Below the pieces are notes generated by a model. The model made no database searches. It worked only from the letters and a program-made list of their open reading frames with translations, and was not told the origin of the DNA. This document shows, in pieces, positions 12,085-25,536 of a stretch of DNA of 64,000 nucleotides. The position numbers were made by a program, and so were the translations under genes. Within the stretch, counting starts at the first letter, position 1, and each line of letters opens with the position of its first letter. The DNA is taken from the NCBI RefSeq assembly GCF_020745735.1, contig NC_083429.1, forward strand, positions 23,975,877 to 24,039,876, read 5' to 3'. Source of the stretch: Hemiscyllium ocellatum. Taxonomy: Eukaryota.

Positions 12085-12992
12085 TCCAGTCCAACACTGT
12101 TCGCTCCCCCCTGCACCTCCTAATCCCACTCGGGCAGCCAGACTGGACACTAACAAGAAGACTGCTGCGAGTCTCCAAATAGCGCATGCACGCACGCACA
12201 CACACCCTTTTACTGCAACGTTTTGACAGGTTCCATCTTTGCCCTGTACAGGTCAATGTTGGAGAGATTATTTGGGGAAGGGGGGTTTAGGGTACACAGC
12301 TGTGTAGAACTCCAGGGAAAGTGTGTGGGGGGAGAGAGAGGGTGGGAGGTTAGTCATTTGGAGATAGTGCAGGGGGCAGATAGGGGGCAGTGTGCTGCTG
12401 CCTAGTCTCCTGAATGGGGAGCGAATTTAATAGAAAACTCCTGCGCTAGAGGAAGGGCATTGAATCAATTAACCAAATAATCAATTATCTGAACGGAATA
12501 GTGCCCACCCATCTCATTCAGATAATCGAGGTTCCTCTGTATACTTAAGTGGAGAATCAGGAGAGCAAAAAGGGGACATGAGATAGCTTTGGCAAATAGA
12601 GTTCAGGGGAATTCAAAGGTTTTTACAAATACATTAAGGACAAAAGGGTAACTAGGGAGAGAATAGACCCCTCGAAGATCAGCAAGGCGGCCTTTGTGTG
12701 GAGCTGCAGGAGATGGGGGAAGATACTAAACAAGTACTTTGCATCAGTGTTTACTGTGGAAAAGGACTTGGAACACAGAATGTAGGGAAATAGATGCCTG
12801 GGCTCCCATCAGTCCAGGATGGTTCTCGGCAGCATTTCAGGAAGCAGAGTTCACTTTTAATCACTGTAAACAAAAGGCGCGATCAGTGCTGGAAACACAT
12901 CTTTGATGTAATGTATGTATCGTGACCTCGAGATCTCCTTCAGATAATCGATATTCGGATAATTGATAATCAGATAATCAAGGTTCCTCTGT
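12085..12992. mobile_element. Two Tigger/pogo-like non-autonomous DNA transposon ends with an intervening CR1 fragment (12545-12795, +)
   Basis: The same terminus cagataatc(g/a)aggttcctctg|ta occurs at ~12519-12541 and ~12971-12992. This is the reverse complement of a CAGAGGAACCTCGATTATC-type TIR followed by TA. The middle part matches the CR1 sequence at 6212-6375. Confidence 0.55.
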
Positions 12993-12994
12993 AC

Positions 12995-15780
12995 TCCTAC
13001 TGCCTTTATGCTCTAAGGATTCATTTCATCTATCTGGTCTATACCTGACATATGCAACTTTTTTTTCTTAACCAAATCCTCAATTTCTTTAGTCATCCAA
13101 CATTCCCTACACCTACCAGCCTTTCCTTTCACCCTGACAGGAAAATACTGTCTCTGAACTCTCATTATCACATTTCTGAAGGCTTCCCATTTTCCTGCTG
13201 TCCCTTTACTGCGAACATCTGCCCCCAGTCAGCTTTTGAAGCCTAATACCGTCAAAATTAGCCTTCCTCCAATTTAGAATTTCAACTCTTAGATCTGGTC
13301 TATCCTTTTCTATCACTATTTTAAAACCAATAGAATTATGGTCACTGTCGCCAAAGTGCTCCCCCAATGACACCTTAATCACCTGCCCTGCCTTATTTCC
13401 CAGAGTAGGTCAAATTTTGCACCTTCCCTGGTAGGTACATCCACACATTGAATCAGAAAATTTTCTTTTGCACACTTAACAAATTCCTCTCCATCTAAAT
13501 CCTTAACACAATGGCAGTCCCAGTCTATGTTTGGAAAATTAAAATCCTCTAACATTAGTACCCTATTATTCTTACAGATAACTGAGATCTCCTTACAAAT
13601 CTGTTTCTCAATTTCCCTCCGACTATTAGGAGGTCTATAATACAATTGTAATAAAGGTGATCATCCCTTTCTTATTTCTCAGTTTAACCCAAATAACTTC
13701 CTTGGATGTATTTCTGGGACTCTCCTCCCTCAGTACAGCTGTAATGTTATCCCTTGCCAAAAATGCCACTCCTCCACCTCTCTTGCCTCCCTTTCTGTCC
13801 TTCCTGTAGCATTTGTATCCTGGAACATTAAGCTGCCAGTCCTGTCCGTCCCTGAGCCTAGTTTCTGTAATTGCTATGATATCCCAGCCCCATGTTCCTA
13901 ACCATGCGCGGAGTTCATCTGCCTTCTGTTAGGCCTCTTGTATTGAAATAAATGCAGTTTAATTTATCAGTCCTACTTTGTTCTCTGCTTTGTCTGGCCT
14001 TGTATACCCTTGAGTTTAGAAGACGGAGAGGGGATATGATTGAGACGTATAAGATTATGAAAGGATTGGACACTCTGGCAGCAGGAAACATGTTTCCACT
14101 GAGGGGTGAGTGCCGAACCAGAGGACACAGCTTAAAAATATGGGGTAGACCATTTAGGACAGAGATGAGGAGAAACGTCTTCACCCAGAGAGTGGTGGCT
14201 GTGTGGAATACTCTGCCCCAGAGGGCAGTGGAGGCTCAGTCTCTGGATTCATTTAAGAAAGAGTTGGATAGAGCTCTCAAAGATAATGGAATCAAAAGTT
14301 ATGGAGATAAGGCAGGGAGTGGATATTGATTAGGAATGATCAGCCATGATCATATTGAATGGCGGTGCAGGCTCGAAGGGCTGAATGGCCTACTCCTGCA
14401 CCTATTGTCTATTGTCCCTGCCTGCTCTGACTGTTTGTTCTCAACTGTACCAGTCTCAGATTAATCTCTTTCCTCACTAGCTCCCAAGTCCCACCCCTCC
14501 ACCTTAATAGTTTAAATTCTCCTGAGCAGCTCTAGCAAATCTCTCTGCCAGTATATAGTCCCCTTCCAATTTGGGTGTAAGCCGTCCTTCTTTTACAGGT
14601 CACTTCTACCCCATACAAGATTCCAATGATCCAAAAGTGTGAATCCTTCTCCCATATACCAGCTCCTCAGCCATGCATTCATCTGCTCTATCCTCCTATT
14701 ACTGTCCTCACTAGCTCGTAGCACAGGGAGTAATCAGATATTATTACTCTCCAGGATCTCTTTAAATTCCAGGCTCTCTACATTCTCCCTTCAGAATCTC
14801 ATCCTTTTCCCTTCCTATGTCATTAGTTCCAATGTGTACAATGACCTTTTACTGGTCCCTCTCCACCTTGAAAACATGCTGCACTCTCTCTGAGACATCC
14901 TTGATCCTGGCACCAGGGAGGCAACACCATTCTGATTTTTCACTGCTGGCCACAGAAACGTCTGTCTGTGCCTCGGACGAGAGAGTCCCCTAACACAATT
15001 GGTCTCTTGGAACTTGGCGTGCCCCTCATTGCGTTACAGCCAGTCTCAATACCAGAAACTTGGCTGTTCTTGCTACGTTTCCCTGAGAATCCATCACCTC
15101 CTACATTTTCCAAAACAGTATACTTGTTTGAAATGGGGATAGCTACAGAAGACTACTGCAATACTTGCCTATCTCTTACCTTCCCTGGAGTTAACCCATT
15201 TATGTGATTGTATCTGCAATTTTTTTCCCTTCTTATAACTGCCATCCATCACACCCCCTTGCTCTTGTAAATTCCTCACTGCCTCTAACGGTCCCTCTAA
15301 CCAATCCATTCAATCTGAAGGATTTGCAACCAATGACATTTATTGCAGATATAATTCTCAGTAAACATGTAAACTCTCCCTCAACTCCCACATCCAACAA
15401 GAAGAGCACATCATTCTACTAAAGGTAATTTTTGCTTCTTCCAATCTACAGACACAGAAAATAGCACTGTTTTATTCCTCTATAAATACTGCTCCTGACC
15501 AACTTAATACTTCTGGCTTATATTTTAAAGTTTAATCAAGAGACGTATCTCAACAAAACATAATCAAGAATCCACTCTACACACTACTGCAGACTTACTG
15601 TAAGGCCACACTTAAAAATATTCACTTATCTGTTTCTGTGCTGTGACCTTGCCCAAACAGGTTCTTCCAAAATTAGTTGTGAATTTCAGTGTTTTTAATT
15701 TTCCCAGACACACACTTGAATGTCCAACAATACATGACTTCAAACAGCAAAGGCAGTAACTGCGCAGGTTCACTGCTGTG
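12995..15780 (-). mobile_element. 5' half of a CR1 LINE (5' UTR, ORF1 zinc finger + esterase, ORF2 endonuclease)
   Basis: YYRPPNS..DFNFPNIDW..VDVPTREGA (APE) and LNCIYFNTRGL. ORF1 Cys motif CWMWELRE..NYICNKC near 15340-15405. Confidence 0.85.
13995..14416 (+). mobile_element. Young CR1-subfamily 3' end nested in opposite orientation inside the previous LINE
   Basis: LYTLEFRRRRGDMIETYKIMKG..FTQRVVAVWNTLPQRAVEA, uninterrupted; ends in a (ctattgt)2 tail. Confidence 0.9.
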
Positions 15781-16044
15781 TCAGTTAGCAGTATTTCTCT
15801 CTAGCTCTATTCATTCCCACTCTCTATGTTTCTTAATCAATTATGTGATCCATTCATCCTTACTGTGTGTGTTAACAGGCACATACAAGGAGAAAAACAG
15901 AGGTTGGGCAAAGTTTGATGCAATTAAATTGATTTCAAGCTAATCTCCAAAACAATAAAGATGCAATATTAAAAACAGGCAGAATCCAGAATATTCTCAA
16001 TATTACATTTAAGTAGTGGACTGAAGCAATAAATAAAGGCCTTA

Positions 16045-16386
<342 letters not shown>

Positions 16387-16499
16387 CTAAATATTGAACA
16401 GTGTGCAAAGTGATTCAGGAATATTGCCTCAATATCTGATCATCTTGATGAGAAAAGGCTGTTCAGACTCCACAATACAATGTCTTTCTCCCGGATTGT

Positions 16500-17850
16500 C
16501 CAAGCAAACATGTTGCCCTGAAAGAAAATCTACTGAGCATATTACCTCATCAAGCTGACAGGAAGGAACTCGGTTACAATTTTCTCACCCCTTGCAAACG
16601 AAAGAAGAAACATTCAGCTGGACACTGCTGCATAGAGAGGACATCAGATATAGAGAATTGCAACTTCGACACATTCAGACCTTGGGCAGTAATCTTTAGA
16701 GAGTAATGTTCCACAGTGTTTTTGAAATATTTCTTTTTCAAGTCAATAAGAAATGCACCACATCTGAATGGACCCTCTATGCCACCCCATTCATTGTCAT
16801 TAGCAGGTTACAAGAGCCAAAGCATGTCGCAAAGCTGTGAAGAGTTTGAAGAGCAGTATTTGGAACAATTGAACAATTTGCTAACCTCTGTCTATTAGAG
16901 ATACGATAAATTGTGAATTGTTTTCCATATCATTCTGCACAAGTAACTGACGCATTTTGAAGTAATTCCTTATTCTCTAAGTCTATAAACAATGGAAAAG
17001 ATTCACCAGACAGAAAGGCAAAGACTTATCAAGACAATTATATTTCCCTTTTAATTCTTCCTCTCTGCATTTAGTCCTGATCTACCTACATCTACAATTT
17101 TTTGACATTCTCCAACACTTGAACAAGTATGTTTATTCAAACCCATCCTTAGATATAAAAAGTGTGTAATAAGTGGTAATGAATTGATTGTCTATTATAT
17201 ACTCAAGCGGATTTTTATACACTATAGGAACATAAAAATGGTGCAGCCCACTACATCTGTGATACTTTGCCAGATGACCATTCCTGGAGTTTGTGGTCTT
17301 TGACACCGCTATTTGTATGTGGTTGTTTGAGGCTGTTACCTTTACTTTACCTTGGGCCTATCTAGTGATTCGTGGTAGTGGATAAACTACCACAAAGTAC
17401 CTACTTAGATGGCACTGTTCTTGGATAACAAGGCGGCTTACTGCATGATATCAATAAGTACAACTTGGTCAGGAACATTACTGAGACCTTCGGGACAGAT
17501 ACATCTGCTCGCTGAAAGCTAGTGTAGATCACCTGCAGATTGTATGTGACATCAGTCCAATGGGTGGAACCAATGTAACAGAAACATTAATCTCATTACA
17601 GCCACTATGTTATGCATCATCTCCCACTCCAAATTTTATTTTCCATAGTTAACTCCATTGTACTTGTAAAAGTATACTACATTTATCAGCACCCTGGAGG
17701 TTCCACCATGTCTAGGAAGCCTAATGAAACGCTCCCCATGATCAGCTGGTTCAGAACTGTTTGTTTCTGGATCAATTGTTCTCTGGGAAGTAGTCAAACT
17801 CCTTTGAATATCTGAAGAAATTTGTACGTGACATGCATGCCAGCTCAAAG
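16500..17850 (+). mobile_element. Highly decayed Ty3/Gypsy pol (integrase region) relic
   Basis: Scattered, correctly ordered motifs: RV..P (~16700), VKSLKSSIW..IEQFANLC (integrase zinc finger, ~16837-16895), IHYRN (~17215) and GTVLG..VDHL (~17410-17535). Confidence 0.4.
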
Positions 17851-18149
17851 TGAAGTTGTTTGATTGTGAACAATTTACACATTTTCAACTTTTTTCTGTG
17901 TATTTTAATATATTGTAACTTGTAGTATTTATATGTTTCTGACAGTTATTCCATCTAGACCATGTGAAGTCTGATTGATAGAGGCATTGCCATGCAGAAT
18001 AGACTGGTTAGAAAATGACCATCAGTAACTGCTAAACTCTTTCAAATTCTGACCAGGCAGGTTGACTCAGATTGGTCAAGACTTTGCCAAGGAATGAACC
18101 AAAAATTACTTATCACCTATTTTGTTAATATAAAACAGGCACACTGTGT

Positions 18150-18440
18150 GTACATGTTAGCACTGCTGCCTCACAGCGCCAGGGACCCAGGTTTGATTCC
18201 TGCCTCGACAACAGTCTGTGTGGAGTTTGCACATTCTCCCCGTGTCTGCGTGGGTTTGCTCCAGTTTTCTCCCAAAGTTCAAAGGTGTGCAGGTTAGGTG
18301 AATTGGCCATACTAAATTGCCCACAGTGTTCAGGGATGTATAGGTTAGGTGCATTAGTCAAGGGAAATGCACTTACAGGGTAGGAGAATCATGTGGACTT
18401 GTTGGGTCAAATGGCCTGTTTCCACATTGGAGGGATTCTT
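18150..18440 (+). mobile_element. HE1-type tRNA-derived SINE
   Basis: gttagcactgctgcctcacagcgccagggacccaggtttgattcc head (B box) and a CR1-like 3' tail. Confidence 0.88.
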
Positions 18441-18467
18441 TCTGTCTGCAAAGGATATGGTAAGTGG

Positions 18468-19124
18468 TATTACCACACAGGTAAACTCCCCTGCTTAATT
18501 TAAACCAGCAACACAGAAAAGATTTAACCTGTGCAGTAATCTGTGAAAGTTCATGAGGCCAAGAACTATTTAAAGTAAAAATTAACAACTTTATTTCTTA
18601 AAATATAACAAAAAAATTCACTAACAATCATTTACAAATCCTTCCTCTAACCTTTTATTTTCCCTTCTAGTCTGATTAAATACCTCCCCACCCCCCGAGT
18701 AAGATTTACCTAAAATTCAAATTTCAAAACTAGACAGCTGTCGAATCTTCCCTTTGTGTCTTCCTCTGTAGATTTTCTGTTTCACAGGTCATCGATAATG
18801 GTACCTTTATCAGAGCTGTGTTTCCGGCAGTCTTTACATGCTGGCGGTTTGGCAGCCAATTTTTCCTACTCTGAAACAATCCAATGCTTTGGGGTATAAA
18901 TGAATTTAGTATATTGACAATATTAAAACCCAAACTTGATTGGAGGTTGGTATTTTGGGGTGTAATTTAAATTGATTGGCTGAATTCATTTTTTTCCTCA
19001 TAGCAACACAGCCAGTGCTAGCTGCTGGACCAAATGCTACATTGTAAATTCTCCAGCACTGTGTGTGCTTGCTAAGTCTTTCACTCTCCTAAAAGGTACA
19101 GTACACTTCTACACCCTCATAATA
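18468..19124 (-). mobile_element. Solo LTR (Gypsy-type)
   Basis: Reverse-complement homolog of 29906-30614, with decayed TG..CA ends and 4-bp flanks gtgg/gtag (near-TSD). Confidence 0.75.
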
Positions 19125-19842
19125 GTAGTTATTGTGTCAAACAGCATGACTTAACAATTGGGCTCAGTGTAATGCATATGTGTATGTACTGGAAGCTTCA
19201 TGTATCAAAACACAGGATTTCTTTTAAAAAAAATAAAAATCAAGAGTTCATTTGCCAACTAATCTACACTCCCTTCTCATGTATTAACTAAAGGTTGTAT
19301 CCCTTTATGATGCTATTCTTGTGAACAGCATGCTGAGTGTAAAACAATAAGCTTTGAAGAAATGTCTCTTTTTTCAGCAATATCATAGTTATTGCTTGTT
19401 TAGCCATGTTAAGTGATCTGACAGGATAGCAAACATTGCATTTCTATTAAACTTATATTTAACAGTGATGTCCATTAACAAAAGCAAGTTTTTTTTTTAA
19501 ATCCCAGATTGTTGGGATCACCAATTTAGTCTCTAAAACCTCAGTTATATTTTCTAAAGGTCCTTGCTAAAACAGTATAAAACTGCCTCACTTTCTCCAA
19601 CTGCGACTGTGTGCTACTTCTGCACTTAATGCTTGATTTTGAAGCAATCCTGTGTCTTAAAACTGTCATCTCCAATTAAATTCAATCTTGTGCTCTTCAT
19701 GCTCTTTCTCAGACCTTGAACTGCTTGAAAGTATTTTTACATCTTTATCAATTGCTTCTCAATGTTAATGTAAATGAATTTTAAATCTCAGTTCAATATT
19801 CTATAATTGTTCTTTAAAATTGCATTCTCCAATCCAATTTTT

Positions 19843-20058
19843 AAGATTAAATTCCCTACAGTACAGAAACAGGCCCTTTGGCCCAACAAGCCCACACCGA
19901 CCTCCGAAGAGTGACCCATTCTCCCACTCATGCACCCATCTCTATGGGCAATTTAGCCTGGCCAATTCACCTGACCTGCACATCTTTGGACTGTGGGAGG
20001 AAACCCACGCAGACAGTGGCCTGAAGCTGGAACCGAACCAGAGTCCCTGGCGCTGGGT
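19843..20058 (-). mobile_element. HE1-type SINE (internally deleted)
   Basis: Reverse complement of the 24462 SINE (ggcaatttagcctggccaattcacctgacctgcacatctttggactgtggga). Confidence 0.85.
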
Positions 20059-21299
20059 TTCTTTATAATTCTATATCTCTGTACTGTTTATAAGGTTTTC
20101 ACAGCATTTTTAATAATCAGAATGGATGGATACCTACTTCTTTGACAACTTTCCAACTTTCTGCAGCCCAGATGCAATTTTTACACATCTTTTCAGGTGA
20201 AATGGACATTTTCCTTCCTTTTCTCAGCCTAAAACACCACGCATCACTTCTACATATCGTTTTAAATGTTTTCTGGCTGCTTTCTTTAAAAATGTTCAAG
20301 TTGAAATTGCACTATAATTACTTAATTTCAGCTGATTTAAAATCTTTGATTATTCCTGACCTTTCTTTTTCTGCTACTCCTTTGACTGGATTTATTTAAG
20401 TATATTTTGATTCCGGATTCTGACACCTTCCCAATTCATAGATGTGGTTTAAATGTATTTTCTGGCTCTTTCATAGTTCCTCACAACTACACAACATAGA
20501 GTCTAATGTCAATGATAATTAGATAAACTTGTTCTTTTATTCTTAAAAAAAATTAACACCACGCACTTCCTCTAGGTAAAAGCTATTGCCATTCTACCCC
20601 TGAAAGTTCTTTCCCTTCCCTTTCCTACTGCAGAATATTTTGAGCTTCCTCTACCCATTCTCTTTAAGATCAATTTCAAGCTCCCCCACACCCCCAGGAC
20701 AAATTTCTGTTTGTTACTTCACTTCCAGTCTGGATTTTATTTTTCATTAACTATGCTTCAGAACCACCTTTCTCTGTAAGTTTGTTTTCCGGTTATGAAC
20801 TACATGTTCACCAGTACTAAACAAGTCCTACTTAATAGAGTCTTTCCACTCTACTTCATGCAAACCCCCCAAATTTCTCGCTCCAAGTTTCTCAATTGCT
20901 GAATCTCTGATGGAGACAAGGATCATTCCCAAAGGATCGGTGATGCTTATTTATTAAACGCCGTGAGTTGCAGCTGACCCCGGAAATGTAAGTATTGCTA
21001 TCGCGTATTTTGTTCATTGTCCCCTCACATCTGTACAAGAACCTCTAGTACACACCTTCCAGCTTAATAAATCTTGTTCTCAAGAATTACACAGCCAACT
21101 TTTTCAACTGTTACGATATTAAAGCTGATTAAATATGGGCTGCTTTGTAACTATGCAAAGGCAGGGCAAACTGCCTTCCAAAAGTGCTTTGCAATTTGAT
21201 GTAGTTGCACGTCTCCCCCCCCCCCCCCCGTACCGTGTGCAGTCCCTCTGGGAGACTGCCCTACACCCGCTGCGCTATAATCTTGTCAGACAACACCCA

Positions 21300-21560
21300 G
21301 TCTCTACTCAAACTCTTTCAAAAAAGCCAATTGTCCCACACATGCCGTTTCCGACCTGAGAAACTAGCTCAAATATTAAAGTTCTCCAAAGCTCTCCCCG
21401 AATGAAGTGAAATCTCAGACCTTGCGACGTCCACCCTAACAACTCGGAGCAGCAGCACCTCGCAACATCCACCTCACCTATTGGCTGACACCGGACAGCG
21501 ACCAATAGGAGGCTCCGATACATGTAGGTTAACACCCCATGGTAACCGTATAAGACTGAG
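21300..21560 (-). promoter_or_regulatory. TMEM218: Candidate TMEM218 promoter and non-coding first exon
   Basis: Local CpG enrichment; CCAAT boxes at 21480-21484 and 21502-21506; RFX X-box-like GTTACCATGG (minus strand, 21546-21537); candidate donor AG|gtgagg ending an exon at 21478. The ATG exon begins at a splice acceptor, so an upstream exon is expected. Confidence 0.62.
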
Positions 21561-21576
21561 TGCAACGAGAGAATAG

Positions 21577-23010
21577 CTAGAGTTAATATACACAGAGTTA
21601 ATGAAGTGATCTAATACACAGAGTTAATATACACAGTTAATAAAATGATCTAATGTAGAGTTAATATACACAATAGAGTTAATATACACAGAGTTAATGA
21701 AGTATTATAATACAGAGTTAATATACACAGTTAATAAAGTGATCTAATACAGACATAATGAAGTGATCTAATGTAGAGTTAATATACACAACTAATAAAG
21801 TGATCTAAAACAGATAATGAATTGATCTAATATAGAGAGTTAATATACACAGTTAATAAAGTGATCTAATATAGAGTTAATATACACAATAAAGTGATCT
21901 AATGCAGAGATAATGAAGTGATCTTATATAGAGTTAATATACAGAGTTAATAAAATGATCTAATACACAGAGTTAATACAGTGATCTGATATAGAGTTAA
22001 TAAACAGAGTTAATGAAGTGATCTAATATAGAGAGTTAATATACAGAGTTAATAAACTGATCTGATATAGAGTTAATATACAATTTAAAGGTAATCTGAT
22101 ATAGAGAGTTAATATACAGGTAATAAAGTGATCTGATATAGAGACAACGTACAGAGAGTTAATAAAGAGTTACCAGAGTTAGTATACTAGAATTAATAGA
22201 TTGATCTGATATAAAGAGTTAATTTACAGACAGTTGATGAAATGATCTGATATAGAGTTAATATACAGAAAGTTAATAAAGTGATCAGATATAGAGTTAA
22301 TATAAAGAGTTAATAACGTGATCTACTATAGAGAATTGATATAGAGATCCTATAGGTAATATACAGTGATCGAACATATAGTTAATAAGCAGAGTTAATG
22401 TACAATCATCTTGTTTAGAGTTACACAGAATTAATATACGGTGATCTAAATAGCATAGTTAATATACAGAAAATTAGTGATATAAAGTAGAGTCTTAATA
22501 TACAAAAGATTAATATGAAATTATCAATTGATGATGATCGATCGCTCATTTAATATATAGTTAATATATAGAATTATCTAATATCCAGAGTTAATAGACA
22601 GAGTTAATATACAGGGACTTAATATGAAGACTTAATTTTCAGAGAGTTGATATGCAGAACAACCTAATGTATATAGTGTTAAAATGCTATGGTAAACAGA
22701 GATCTAATATACATAATGTTCATATCTATATTAATATGCATATTTAATATACAGCATGACCTAACATAGAGCTAATGGATCGTGGTGTAAGAAACAGTTA
22801 ATCAATAAGTGCTCTAATATACAGTTTCTGTGCAGCGTTGATATATAGTGAGTTAATATACAGAGTGATCTAATATCTAGAGCTTATGTACACATAGTCA
22901 AAGGATAATGGCTCAATTTACAGTTATCTAATTTAAAGAGTTAACATACCCTGAGTTATTATATGCAGACTTAATGTACAGAGAGTCAATATAGAGAGTA
23001 ATCTAATATT
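21577..23010. repeat. AT-rich satellite built from AGAGTTAATATAC / AGTTAATAAA / GTGATCTAAT subunits (~37-bp higher-order unit); remnants resume at ~24765-25065
   Basis: Dozens of visible copies, e.g. agagttaatatacacagttaataaagtgatctaatat at ~21836. Confidence 0.9.
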
Positions 23011-23124
23011 ATGATGACAGGTCACAATCCCAAAATATTAGAAACGTGCTTTACTTCTAAATACCATTTTTTAAATTAAGTAACTGCTACAGAACAGGAA
23101 TAGCAGGAGTACAGAACAGTGCAG

Positions 23125-23712
23125 TATAGTGGCTGTTAGCACTGCTGCCTCACAGCACCAGGGACCCAGGTTCGATTCCAGCCTCAATTGATTGTGCAAA
23201 CTTCACACAGTCTCCCCATGTCTGTGTGTGAGTTCCTCCCACAGTCCAAAGATGTACAGATTAGGTGGACTAGCAATGAACTCTGGCTATGAGGAATGCA
23301 AGGTAACATGGATAGGGCTGGGTCTGGGTGAGAAGTTCTTCAGAGAGTCAGTGCAGACCCGATGGATCAAATAGCCTGGAGGGATTTTGTGATTCACTGA
23401 GTTCTTTAAGGCAACACAGTGGTTAGCATTGCTGTCTCACAGCACCAGGGTCCCAGGTTTGAATCCAGCCTCAGGTGACTGTGTGGAGTTTGCACATTCT
23501 CCCCGTATCTGTGTGGGTTTCTTCTGGATATTCCGGTTTTCTCCCATAGTCCAAAGATGTGCAGGTCAGGTGAATTGGCCATGTTCAATTTTCCATAGTG
23601 TTGGATGCATTTGTCGGAGGGAAATGGGTCTGGGTGGGTTACTCTTCGGACGGTTGGTGAAGACTACTTGGGCTGAAGGGCCTGTTTCCACAATGTAGGG
23701 AATCTAATCTAA
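23125..23712 (+). mobile_element. Two tandem HE1-type SINEs (~23125-23395 and ~23410-23712)
   Basis: Both have gttagca..gctg.ctcacagcaccaggg.cccagg heads; the second ends in aatct repeats. Confidence 0.85.
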
Positions 23713-24461
23713 ACTAACTCCATATGTAAACTCAATGACTGGCAAAGTCCTGTGTGAAACCAGTGGAACACCATATCTGCAAAGTCAGGGAATCAGGAAG
23801 AGAATTAATAAGATAACAAGGGACAAAATCAGAAATTGCTGGAAAAACCTGGCAGAGAAAAAACAGAGTTAACATTTTGGATCTAGTGACCCATCTTCAG
23901 ATCATCTTCAGAGAGATAGTGAGCAGGCTGACTAACTTCTCTCTCAACAGAAAACCACGTCTTGCAGGCACATCTGTTTTCCCCTTGAGAAATATTTAAA
24001 GAAAGAGTTCATAAAATTCATGAAACACTAGTCTGCATATGTTGTTGTCTGAACATCTTAATGTGTTGGTGAGACAGCTGTGAAAGCTCCAGTTTTTAAT
24101 CCTTTTTTTAAAAATACCTGCACTGCTGGTAAAACAAAACGATAAGATTGTTTTTCACTCTGACCAGTTCAAGATGAATCAGGTCAAAGGAATTTCAACT
24201 GCCTTACAAAACAATGAATCTCGCGATCAATTGCTCAATGCCAAAGTTGATGCTATTCATGCTGCAGCGTCGTCTTATCTGCTCCTCATGAACAATTCAG
24301 AGATTGATCCATATTTCATGACTGAGTTGTGACTGAGAAGTTGGGTGAATAAAGAAAGGGAGCCTACTCATTCCTCACCCAGGAACTTAACAATTTGAGG
24401 TATCCCATGTTGTGCTGTAACAAATTGGACAACCTCACCTCAAGTCTGGTTGCAACATTAA

Positions 24462-24770
24462 GGGCGGCGCAGTGGCACAGTGGTTAGCACTGCTGCCTCA
24501 CAGAGCCAGAGACCCGGGTTCAATTCCTGCCTCAGGCAACTGTCTGTGTGGAATTCGCACATTCTGCGTGGGTTTCCTCCGGGTGCTCCGGTTTCCTCCC
24601 ACAGTCCAAAGATGTGCAGATTAGGTGAATTGGCCATGCTAAATTGCCTGTGGTGTTAGGTGAAGGGGTAAATGTAGAGGATGGGTCTGGGTGGGTAGCT
24701 CTTCGGAGGAGCGGTGTGGACTTGTTGGGCCGAAGGGCCTGTTTCCACACTGTAATTAATCTAATCTAAT
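24462..24770 (+). mobile_element. Full-length young HE1-type SINE
   Basis: A box TGGCACAGTGG, B box GGTTCAATTCC, CR1-like tail (gggccgaagggcctgtttccacactgta) and an (aatct)n end. Confidence 0.92.
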
Positions 24771-25536
24771 ATCCAGAGTTAACATACAAGGACTTAATAG
24801 ACAAAGTTAACCAAAAGAAGAGACGTTTAGGACAGTGTTAATAAATAGAATAATCCACAACAATATACAGAGTTAATGTATATAGTAAGATAATTTACAG
24901 AGATAACACCTGATGTAGAGTTAATATGTAGTTAAATATATAAAAATGATGATTAATGTCCCACCAACCCCCAAAGTGTGATCCTCAGCCTAAACTCGGC
25001 ACCAATCATGGTCTTCTGGGGACTATGGTGACTTTACTTTTTACAGAAGTGATCTAATATATAAGGTAGTCTGATGCCTGGTTATTATCTCTTTACCATT
25101 TGTAGAATTGGGCTGAATGGAAATAGTCTTGCATTTTTGTTATGTTACAACATTTCAGGTGAACGTAATTGGCTGTGAACACTTTGGAAAATCCCAACGA
25201 TAAGAAAAGTGATATTCAAATGAAAGTTCTTCATGAAGCACAATATAAACAAAATAAAGCCTTGCATTTACAAAGCACTTTTCATAACTGCCAGAAATTT
25301 CATTACATTTTATGGTCAATGAATTAGGTTTTGAAATATATTTGAAGTTGTAATAGAAGAAATGTCATAATCCATTTGCACACATCAAACCACCATGAAC
25401 AGCAATGTAATTGAAATAACTCCATGAAGGCCGGTATCCTATCACCAAGTCACTCGTTATTTACATGTAAATAGTACATGACACTGACCCAGCTATCTCA
25501 GGGCCAGCTCTGAGTGAGCAGGACCTCAGACATTCC

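Noticed and set aside
24462-24540. tRNA gene
   Set aside because: The A/B boxes belong to the tRNA-derived head of a multi-copy SINE; there is no complete cloverleaf or terminator.
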